This document shows, piece by piece, positions 19,644-26,964 of a stretch of DNA of 32,000 nucleotides. A program made the translations under genes and the position numbers. The notes under the pieces are model-generated. The model was not told the origin of the DNA. It ran no database searches and saw nothing but the letters and a program-made list of their open reading frames with translations. Positions within the stretch are counted from its first letter, which is position 1. Every line of letters begins with the position of its first letter. This stretch comes from Sinorhizobium meliloti (GTDB lineage Bacteria > Pseudomonadota > Alphaproteobacteria > Rhizobiales > Rhizobiaceae): contig NZ_JAGIOS010000003.1 in NCBI RefSeq assembly GCF_017876815.1, forward strand, positions 450,001 to 482,000. Direction: 5' to 3'.

Positions 19644-20128
19644 GCACGGCAAAACAGCGCGGATTCACCGGTTGGCACATGTTGACCGTCATGGGCCTTT
19701 TCTTCGGGACCATTATCTCCGTAAACCTCGTCATGGCCTGGAACGCCAGCCGAAGCTGGAGCGGCCTTGTCGTGGAGAACACCTACGTCGCCAGCCAGCA
19801 GTTCAACGGCAAGGTGGCCGAGGGTCGCGCCTTTGAGGCAAGCGGCATCAGGGGACGGCTATCGACCGAACCCGGTGCTATTCGCTACGTGCTTACCCGC
19901 AACGGCGAACCGGAGCGAAAAATTGACAAGGTCATCGCCGTTCTCAAACGACCAGTCGAGGAGCATGAGGATATGCACGTCGAGCTGGTGCGTATGGGTG
20001 TCGGTGTTTTCGCCGCCGAGCAGTCGCTGAAACCCGGCCAGTGGGTTGCTGACGTGACGGCAATGGCGGGTGGAGCGCTCGTCTATCGCCAGGCCATTCG
20101 TTTCATCGTCTCGGGAGAGGTCCAATGA
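19640..20128 (+). CDS. fixH: FixH/CcoH-family membrane protein
   Basis: ATG 19640 overlaps the fixG TGA (ATGA). The product begins MSTAKQRGFTGWHMLTVMGLFFGTIISVNLVMAW.. (162 aa, one TM helix). The upstream part of the computed ORF (from 19226) lies inside fixG. Confidence 0.9.
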   Translation: MSTAKQRGFTGWHMLTVMGLFFGTIISVNLVMAWNASRSWSGLVVENTYVASQQFNGKVAEGRAFEASGIRGRLSTEPGAIRYVLTRNGEPERKIDKVIAVLKRPVEEHEDMHVELVRMGVGVFAAEQSLKPGQWVADVTAMAGGALVYRQAIRFIVSGEVQ

Positions 20129-22404
20129 GCTGTTGCGCCGCGGGAGCCGCGACAAACTTGGCTGCAGAACGGGCGGGCCAGCGGCTCCCTTCTTCCGAAG
20201 AACTTTGGCTTGCGAGCCGGGACCTCGGAGGCGGGTTGCGTCAGACGGAGCTAAGTGTCCCCAACGCCTATTGCGGCGCCTGCATCGCCACGATCGAAGG
20301 AGCGCTGCGCGCCAAGCCTGAAGTCGAACGCGCCCGCGTCAATCTCTCCTCCCGCCGCGTTTCAATCGTCTGGAAGGAGGAGGTTGGCGGTCGTCGCACC
20401 AATCCCTGTGATTTCTTGCATGCGATCGCTGAGCGTGGCTATCAGACACATCTCTTTTCGTTCGGGGGGGAGGAAAGCGACGACCTGCTGAAGCAGTTGA
20501 TTCTCGCGGTTGCCGTTTCCGGCTTCGCCGCAACCAATATCATGCTGCTCTCCGTGTCAGTCTGGTCCGGGGCGGATGCGGCCACGCGCGATCTCTTCCA
20601 CTGGATCTCGGCGCTGATCGCCGGACCAGCGCTGATCTATGCTGGCCGCTTCTTCTACAAGTCGGCATGGAACGCCATTCGCCACGGCCGAACCAACATG
20701 GATGTGCCGATCGCGCTCGCCGTCAGCCTTTCCTATGGCATGTCGCTCCATGAGACGATTGGTCATGGCGAACATGCCTGGTTCGATGCATCCGTGACCT
20801 TGCTGTTCTTCCTGCTGATCGGCCGTACGCTCGATCACATGATGCGGGGACGTGCACGAACGGCGATCAGCGGTCTCGCACGCCTGTCGCCGCGCGGGGC
20901 CACGGTTGTCCATCCGGATGGCTCGCGCGAGTATCGCCCCGTCGACGAGATCAAGCCAGGCGAACGCCTGATTGTCGCGGCTGGCGAGCGTATCCCGGTC
21001 GATGGACGGGTGCTGCACGGGACAAGCGATCTCGATCGCTCCGTGGTCAACGGCGAGAGCTCGCCGGCCGTGGTCGCGACAGGGGACACCGTTCAGGCCG
21101 GTACGCTTAACCTCACGGGTCCGCTGACGCTGGAGGCGACGGCCGCGGCGCGCGACTCGTTCATCGCCGAAATCATCGGATTGATGGAGGCTGCCGAAGG
21201 GGGAAGGGCGCGTTACCGACGCATCGCCGACCGCGCCGCTCGCTATTACTCGCCGGCCGTGCATCTGCTGGCGCTCCTGACCTTCGTCGGCTGGATGCTG
21301 GTGGAGGGAGATGTCCGCCACGCCATGTTGGTCGCGGTGGCGGTGCTCATCATCACGTGCCCCTGCGCACTCGGTCTCGCCGTTCCGGTCGTCCAGGTCG
21401 TTGCGGCCGGGCGGCTTTTCCAAGGCGGTGTCATGGTCAAGGATGGCTCGGCGATGGAGCGTCTCGCTGAGATCGACACAGTGCTCCTGGACAAGACGGG
21501 CACGCTGACCATCGGCAGACCACGGCTCGTGAACGGGCACGAAATCTCACCGGGTCGGCTCGCAATGGCGGCGGGTATCGCGGTGCATTCGCGCCATCCA
21601 ATGGCAATAGCAATTCAGAATTCGGCAGGGGCAGCCTCGCCGATTGCCGGCGATATCCGGGAAATTCCCGGCGCCGGCATCGAAGTGAAGACCAAGGAGG
21701 GCATCTATCGGCTCGGGAGCCGCGACTTTGCGGTCGGCGGTCCGGGGCCTGACGGCGGCCAATCTGAGACAATCCTGTCGTTGGACTTTTGTGAGCTTGC
21801 CTGCTTCCGGTTCGAGGACCGGCCGCGGCCCGCATCACGCGAATCGATCGAAGCCCTTGGCCGCCTGGGCATTGCGACCGGAATCCTGTCCGGCGACCGG
21901 GAGCCTGTGGTAGCGGCCCTCGCCAGCAGTTTGGGGATTGCGAACTGGCATGCCGAACTCTCGCCACGCGAAAAGGTCGAGGCATGCGCGGTTGCCGCCG
22001 AGGCAGGTCACAAGGCCCTGGTAGTTGGGGACGGCATAAACGACGCGCCCGTTCTGCGTGCGGCGCACGTTTCCATGGCTCCGGCGACTGCCGCCGATGT
22101 CGGACGGCAGGCTGCCGACTTAGTCTTCATGCATCAGCCCCTATCGGCAGTTCCCTTCGCCATCGAGACTTCGCGGCATGCCGGCCGACTTATCCGGCAG
22201 AACTTCGTGCTGGCGATCGGCTACAACGTCATCGCCGTGCCGATCGCAATTCTTGGCTACGCGACTCCGCTCGTTGCCGCTGTCGCGATGTCCACCTCGT
22301 CGCTCGTGGTAGTCTTCAATGCTCTGAGACTGAAGCACACGCTTGCCGACGGTAAGCCCGGTACGCCAACCACATTGATGCATCCAGGCGCGGTGACGTC
22401 ATGA
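20125..22404 (+). CDS. fixI: Copper-translocating P1B-type ATPase FixI/CcoI
   Basis: 759 aa with an N-terminal HMA-like CxxC (YCGACIATIEGAL), a CPC transmembrane metal site (ITCPCALGLAVP), the DKTGTLT phosphorylation motif and the GDGINDAP hinge. The ATGA overlaps the fixH stop. Confidence 0.95.
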   Translation: MSCCAAGAATNLAAERAGQRLPSSEELWLASRDLGGGLRQTELSVPNAYCGACIATIEGALRAKPEVERARVNLSSRRVSIVWKEEVGGRRTNPCDFLHAIAERGYQTHLFSFGGEESDDLLKQLILAVAVSGFAATNIMLLSVSVWSGADAATRDLFHWISALIAGPALIYAGRFFYKSAWNAIRHGRTNMDVPIALAVSLSYGMSLHETIGHGEHAWFDASVTLLFFLLIGRTLDHMMRGRARTAISGLARLSPRGATVVHPDGSREYRPVDEIKPGERLIVAAGERIPVDGRVLHGTSDLDRSVVNGESSPAVVATGDTVQAGTLNLTGPLTLEATAAARDSFIAEIIGLMEAAEGGRARYRRIADRAARYYSPAVHLLALLTFVGWMLVEGDVRHAMLVAVAVLIITCPCALGLAVPVVQVVAAGRLFQGGVMVKDGSAMERLAEIDTVLLDKTGTLTIGRPRLVNGHEISPGRLAMAAGIAVHSRHPMAIAIQNSAGAASPIAGDIREIPGAGIEVKTKEGIYRLGSRDFAVGGPGPDGGQSETILSLDFCELACFRFEDRPRPASRESIEALGRLGIATGILSGDREPVVAALASSLGIANWHAELSPREKVEACAVAAEAGHKALVVGDGINDAPVLRAAHVSMAPATAADVGRQAADLVFMHQPLSAVPFAIETSRHAGRLIRQNFVLAIGYNVIAVPIAILGYATPLVAAVAMSTSSLVVVFNALRLKHTLADGKPGTPTTLMHPGAVTS

Positions 22405-22550
22405 ACACCCTCGTCTATCTCATTCCAATCGCACTCAGTCTCGGTGGTCTTGGACTCGTAGCATTTCTGTGGGCGCTCAAGAGCGGGCAGTACGAGGACC
22501 TCGACGGAGCGTCCTGGCGCATACTCGACGACGGCGATGGCGAGGGTTAA
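22401..22550 (+). CDS. fixS: FixS/CcoS small membrane protein (cbb3 maturation)
   Basis: Below the ORF-track cutoff. ATG 22401 overlaps the fixI TGA (ATGA). My own translation is MNTLVYLIPIALSLGGLGLVAFLWALKSGQYEDLDGASWRILDDGDGEG (49 aa), with TAA at 22548-22550. It carries the typical CcoS motif SGQYEDLDG. Confidence 0.8.
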   Translation: MNTLVYLIPIALSLGGLGLVAFLWALKSGQYEDLDGASWRILDDGDGEG

Positions 22551-22572
22551 TGAAGCCAGACTTTATAGCTAT

Positions 22573-22586
22573 TTGACCAAGATCAA
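22573..22586. promoter_or_regulatory. FixK/FNR-type box TTGACCAAGATCAA
   Basis: Exact TTGA-N6-TCAA dyad with its centre 41.5 nt upstream of ATG 22621 of the Crp-family gene. Confidence 0.7.
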
Positions 22587-22620
22587 ATTACCGAAACCGA
22601 CATAGCCCTAGACTGGTGGC

Positions 22621-23322
22621 ATGTTCATTGGGACACGCGCAATGGAGACACTGCAATTAACTTCGAGCGATAGGACGACCTTCTTGGGTTCGCGTTTCTT
22701 CGTGCGGCTGCCGCGCTCCACTGTCGACGCCATTCTCGAGGACACGAGGCTGTCCACTTACGAGGAGCACGATGTCCTCTTCCACCAAGGCGACAGCATC
22801 GACGACGTTTTCTTTCTACTTTCAGGTCTGATTCGCCTCTACCGTGTTGGCAAAGACGGGCGCGAGGCCGACGTCGCGGTGTTTTCCAAAGGGGAAATGT
22901 TTGCCGAGAACGCCATGTGTCTGGGGCGTGCAACCGCCAGCGCGGAGGCTGCCGAAGCATCCATTGTTGCGCGCATTGACGGTGCCAAGCTTCGCCAACT
23001 CGCCGCCGCAGACGCCGACGTGGCGCAGGCTTTCATCGAGCATCTTTGCCATCGAGGTAAGATGACGGAAGACCTGCTCGCGCAAGATCGCCTGCTCACC
23101 GCTCCCCAGCGGGTTGCCAGCTATCTACTCGGTCATTGTCCAAACGGCACCGCCACAAGCTTCTCGTTCCGCCTGCCGTTCCAGAAGAGCGTGCTTGCGG
23201 GGAAACTTGGCCTTGCCCCGGAAGCCCTGTCACGCGCCTTTTCGACGCTCCGCCAGTCGGGAGTCACCGTGAAGGGTCGGATGATCGAAATTCACGACAG
23301 GCATGCGCTGGAGCGGTTCTGA
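22621..23322 (+). CDS. Crp/Fnr-family transcriptional regulator (FixK/NnrR/Dnr-like, no Fnr Cys cluster)
   Basis: 233 aa (226 aa if translation starts at ATG 22642). It has a cNMP-binding-like domain (VLFHQGDSIDDVFFLLSGLIRLYRVGKDGREADV) and a C-terminal HTH with the E--SR motif (LAGKLGLAPEALSRAFSTLRQSGV). Confidence 0.85.
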   Translation: MFIGTRAMETLQLTSSDRTTFLGSRFFVRLPRSTVDAILEDTRLSTYEEHDVLFHQGDSIDDVFFLLSGLIRLYRVGKDGREADVAVFSKGEMFAENAMCLGRATASAEAAEASIVARIDGAKLRQLAAADADVAQAFIEHLCHRGKMTEDLLAQDRLLTAPQRVASYLLGHCPNGTATSFSFRLPFQKSVLAGKLGLAPEALSRAFSTLRQSGVTVKGRMIEIHDRHALERF

Positions 23323-23483
23323 TGCGTGCCTACAGGCGCTGGACCGGAAAATCCACTGTGACTTTCTTGCGTCCGAGCCACGAAATTCGCAACCCACTAC
23401 GTTATGGATACTCTCCATGCCTCGCGCGCGAGCAATATACATGTTTGCGGCGACTGCGCACGTCTCTCCGACACCAACGGTTG

Positions 23484-23497
23484 TTGATCTGGAACAA
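23484..23497. promoter_or_regulatory. Degenerate FixK-like box TTGATCTGGAACAA
   Basis: It matches the fixN box (TTGATCTGGATCAA) at 13 of 14 positions. The centre is about 71 nt upstream of ATG 23562 of the DUF2946-like ORF. Confidence 0.35.
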
Positions 23498-23561
23498 TGA
23501 TCGGTTCCGGAGGCTCGTCTATTTGTCGGATTGATTGCACCGCCGGAATGGAGATTGGACG

Positions 23562-23982
23562 ATGGCGAGACAACGGACGGGATTGAGCCGAGGGCTGGCG
23601 CTGGTTGCCGCCTGCATGCTCGCCTTGCAGTCCGTGGTCCACGCGTTCGCCGGCCAGGCGCCGGATATCCTACCATTCGACGCGTTCGGCAATCTGTGTT
23701 ACGGGCGCAAGCCATTCAGACAGCGGGCATCGCGGCGGCGATCATGATAAGCTGCCCGAGTGCTGCATTCTCGGATGCGCCATGTCCTCGGCGCTGCCGG
23801 CTGCACCTAGCGGCGGCACGTCGCTGATCGTAACGCCGCGGTCTTCAGGCGCTGTCTTGCCTCCATACTGCGAGGTATTCGTTCGCAGAAGCGACCATGA
23901 GCCCGGCAGTGCGCGAGCCCCGCCACCGATCCCGGACCGCGTCGTGCGTGTCATCGCACGCCAATATCGTACCACCACCTAG
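23562..23982 (+). pseudogene. DUF2946-like small secreted Cys/His protein, apparently interrupted by a +1 frameshift near 23695-23700
   Basis: Frame A (ATG 23562, GGAG 8 nt upstream) encodes a signal peptide MARQRTGLSRGLALVAACMLALQSVVHAFA.. and stops at 23747. Frame B (open 23605-23982) has no signal peptide but encodes ICVTGASHSDSGHRGGDHDKLPECCILGCAMSSALP..ARAPPPI, which resembles the C-terminal part of rhizobial DUF2946 proteins as I remember them. Joined, the two frames give a typical family architecture. Confidence 0.5.
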
Positions 23983-24142
23983 AACCATCGTTCGTCGAGG
24001 TGCGGGCTATCCGAAACCTCATGAAACCGGCTGGCCGCCCAGTCCGCAAGTCAATCCCTTCAGCGATGAAGCGGACCGGCAATGCTGGTCCGTGTGAAAC
24101 CTCGCCGGCGGGAGCCGGCATTCGATACAGGAGAGAAGTCCA

Positions 24143-24673
24143 ATGCTAAAGAAACTGGCGCTGACTGCCGCCCTGGTTGCCGTTGGTGCGGGAGCGGCGA
24201 TCGCTCACACCTCGCTCGAAACGAAGGAAGCCGCGGTCGGCGCGAGCTACAAGGCCGTCTTCCGCGTGCCGCACGGCTGCGAGGGCAAGCCGACAAACGT
24301 CGTGCGCGTCCTGATTCCGGAAGGCGTCATTGCCGTCAAGCCGATGCCGAAGCCCGGCTGGATCCTGGAGAAGGTGAGCGGCGCTTACGAGAAAGCCTAC
24401 GGCAACCACGGCACTCCGACGAAGGACGGCGTGAAGGAGGTGCTGTGGAAGGGCGGCAATCTGGGAGACGACGAATACGACGAGTTCGTGGTGCGCGTCT
24501 TCCTCACTCCTGACCTGCCGGTCGGAAAGATGCTCTATTTCCCGACCGTGCAGGAATGCTCGGCGAATGCGGTTGAACGGTGGATCGAGATTCCGGCCGA
24601 AGGCCAGAGCGGCGACGATCTCGAGTTTCCGGCTCCCGGCGTAAAGCTCCTCGAAAAGGCACGGGGCCACTGA
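24143..24673 (+). CDS. ycnI: YcnI-family (DUF1775) periplasmic copper-binding protein
   Basis: AGGAGAG precedes the ATG. The signal peptide ends ..GAAIA|HTSLE, so the mature protein begins with His, followed by SYKAVFRVPHGCEG..VKPMPKPGW, which is characteristic of the DUF1775/YcnI family. 176 aa. Confidence 0.8.
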   Translation: MLKKLALTAALVAVGAGAAIAHTSLETKEAAVGASYKAVFRVPHGCEGKPTNVVRVLIPEGVIAVKPMPKPGWILEKVSGAYEKAYGNHGTPTKDGVKEVLWKGGNLGDDEYDEFVVRVFLTPDLPVGKMLYFPTVQECSANAVERWIEIPAEGQSGDDLEFPAPGVKLLEKARGH

Positions 24674-24804
24674 AATCAACGAGAGGCGGAGGGAAGGGCG
24701 CACTCCAGGCGCGCTTCCCTATAGCTGACGGAGGAAGGCTTGAAGATCATGCGCAGGCAACGCTTGAAGGGCACCAATTCCGCGACCCGGCTCGCCCGCT
24801 GTCA

Positions 24805-26373
24805 GTGTCCGTGCTTGCCTGTTCCGCATGGCTCTGGCTCGCCGCAACGGCCTTCGCGCATGCGTCGCTGGTCGAGACCATTCCTGCCGACAACGCCGTG
24901 CTTGCGGAGTCGCCTGCGACATTCTCGATGACCTTCAGCGAAGCGGTCTCGCCGCTCTCCCTCAAGCTGGTCGGGCCGGACGGCTCGAGTGTCAGCCTCG
25001 AACGTTACGAGCCGCGCGATCGAACTTTGGAAGTCGAGCCACCATCCAGTCTCGTCCGGGGCACGCATGTGCTTGTCTGGCGCGTGATCTCCGAAGATGG
25101 ACATCCGATCGGCGGCTCCGTGATCTTCTCGATCGGACCGCCGGGCGCAACCCCTCGCGCAGCCGCAGTGAAAATCGACGGAGAGGTCGGCACGGCAATA
25201 TGGCTGGCAAAGGTCGCACTCTATCTCGGCCTCTTTCTAGGGATTGGTGGGTCGTTCGCCCTGTCATGGCTTGGAAGGGTCGAGCGCTCCGGAACCGTGA
25301 CCGTTCACATCATTCTCGGCATCGGGCTCTTCGGAGCGCTGTTGTCTGTCGGCTTCCAGGGCCTTGACGCACTCGCCGCTCCCCTTCGGCGCCTCGCGGA
25401 TTCGGCGACTTGGCAAGCTGGAATGAGCACTAGCTTCGGCCGGACCTCCGTCGTCGCCGTTCTTGCATCTGCGATGGCGATCTTCGCGCTTGTCGCGAAA
25501 GGCGGCTGGGGGCGCCTTCTTTCGCTGGCTGCGCTCATCGGGACGGGTCTGGCACTTGCGCTGAGCGGCCATGCCAGCGCCGCGGAACCGCAATGGGTTA
25601 CGCGCCCGATGGTCTTCCTTCACGGTGTCGGCATCGCGTTCTGGACAGGAGCGCTCATACCGCTTGGGCTAGCGCTCGCACGCCGCACTCCAGAGTCCGG
25701 ATACATGCTGCGCCGCTTCTCCAACACGATCCCGCTCGTCCTCGCCTTGCTGATCGTCGCCGGCATCGTGTTGGCCGTGGTCCAGGTTCGAAATCTTTCG
25801 GCACTGGTCGAAACTGCCTACGGGGCCGTCCTCCTCGCAAAACTGGCCTTGTTCGTCCTGCTTTTTGCACTTGCCGTGTTCAATCGCCTACGGCTGACGG
25901 AGCCGGCAGAACGACGGGACGCACCGGCGGCACGGCGCCTCGCTCGGTCGATCGCCATCGAAACCGTCGTCGCCGTCTTGATCTTCGGGGTAGCCGCAGT
26001 TTGGCGGTTCACGCCCCCGCCGCGCGCCTTGGAGATCGCCGCTGCCCAGCCTGCAACCGTTCATCTCCATGCACCGCGGGCCATGGCGAACGTGCGGCTC
26101 TCGCCTGGCCGCGCCGGGCAGGTCGCGGCATCCATCGAGGTGTTCAGCAAGGACGCGAAGGTCCTCACGCCCAAGGAAGTGACGCTCGTCCTTTCAAATC
26201 CGGCGTCTGGCATAGAAGCGATCCGGAGGCCCGCGCAGCGCGCCGGGGAGGCGAACTGGCGCGTCGATGGTTTTGTCGTGCCCTTGCCCGGCACTTGGCA
26301 TGTGCGGCTTGATCTCCTGGTCTCCGACTTCGAGCTGGTGAAGCTCGAAGGCGAGGTTGACATCCGGCGCTGA
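24805..26373 (+). CDS. CopC-CopD fusion protein with C-terminal YtkA/FixH-like domain (YcnJ-like copper transporter); start codon uncertain
   Basis: It has a CopC domain beginning at mature HASLVETIPADNAVL..THVLVWRVISEDGHPIGG, about 8 TM helices of CopD type, and a soluble C-terminal domain of about 110 aa. No in-frame ATG precedes the CopC domain; GTG 24805 or 24811 are the only conventional starts. See the finding on the out-of-frame ATG 24749. Confidence 0.8.
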   Translation: MSVLACSAWLWLAATAFAHASLVETIPADNAVLAESPATFSMTFSEAVSPLSLKLVGPDGSSVSLERYEPRDRTLEVEPPSSLVRGTHVLVWRVISEDGHPIGGSVIFSIGPPGATPRAAAVKIDGEVGTAIWLAKVALYLGLFLGIGGSFALSWLGRVERSGTVTVHIILGIGLFGALLSVGFQGLDALAAPLRRLADSATWQAGMSTSFGRTSVVAVLASAMAIFALVAKGGWGRLLSLAALIGTGLALALSGHASAAEPQWVTRPMVFLHGVGIAFWTGALIPLGLALARRTPESGYMLRRFSNTIPLVLALLIVAGIVLAVVQVRNLSALVETAYGAVLLAKLALFVLLFALAVFNRLRLTEPAERRDAPAARRLARSIAIETVVAVLIFGVAAVWRFTPPPRALEIAAAQPATVHLHAPRAMANVRLSPGRAGQVAASIEVFSKDAKVLTPKEVTLVLSNPASGIEAIRRPAQRAGEANWRVDGFVVPLPGTWHVRLDLLVSDFELVKLEGEVDIRR

Positions 26374-26825
26374 GTACGCTTGGCGCGGGACGGAGCCAAG
26401 TTTCGGGCTTAACCGGCGGGCGTTACTTGCTCCAGCGAAAAGGACCCTCAGTTCGACGCTCCTCGATGGAGGACTTCACATCTCGTATGTCTCGCGACCG
26501 CGCTCGCAATGACGGTGGTTATCGTGCTGATAGTTGCCCTTGCGACCCTGGGTCTCGGCCGCTGGAACCCGACGCAATTCACCTGGCGCAGACGTGCCGG
26601 CCGCGCGCAGTTCCTTCAGCCACGGCATGCCCAGAGATCGCATCCTCGCGGGTGCGAGATATTCTACCACGGCCGCCTGGCTTAGCGATTGAGCTCGCAG
26701 ACGGAGCGGTTCTCATCTCGAGGTTCTCGCGGCGGCCCCTTCATTGCTGTGCTGGCACTTCATGGGCTCTGCTCTTCTGGCGCTGGTAGCGCTCGGTTTC
26801 TCTTCTTACCCCAGCACTGAGCTGT

Positions 26826-26839
26826 TTGCGCAAGCGCAA
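26826..26839. promoter_or_regulatory. NnrR-type box TTGCGCAAGCGCAA
   Basis: Exact match to TTGCG-N4-CGCAA, the dyad described for NnrR-dependent nir/nor/nnrS promoters in alpha-proteobacteria. The centre is about 132 nt upstream of the ytfE-like ATG. Confidence 0.6.
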
Positions 26840-26964
26840 AGACGTGCATGCCATTCTCGTGCACGAACATATCAGTTCAGGGGCGCGGCTTCTGCTCGGA
26901 ATGGCTCCAGCGAGTCTTAAGCCAAGGACATCTCTGGCAAGCAACACCAGACAAGGAACAGATC

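Noticed and set aside
17765-21540. Long shadow ORFs over fixG and fixI (17765-19162 plus strand, 18048-18866 minus, 20557-21540 minus)
   Set aside because: The same high-GC shadow-frame artefact; their composition is dominated by Arg, Pro and Ala, and the real frames carry ferredoxin and P-type ATPase signatures.
24740-24931. 63-aa ORF (MKIMRRQRLKG..) as an independent gene
   Set aside because: After the signal-peptide-like n-region the sequence is Cys/Pro/Arg-rich nonsense that overlaps the CopC domain out of frame. It is more likely a displaced N-terminus of copCD (see finding) than a separate gene.
26427-26947. ORFs of 120 aa (plus strand, 26427-26789), 64 aa (minus, 26476-26670) and 68 aa (minus, 26741-26947) in the copCD / ytfE gap
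   Set aside because: They have no SD sequences and no family resemblance, they are mutually overlapping, and one spans the NnrR box. They are treated as non-coding apart from the weak small-TM candidate reported separately.
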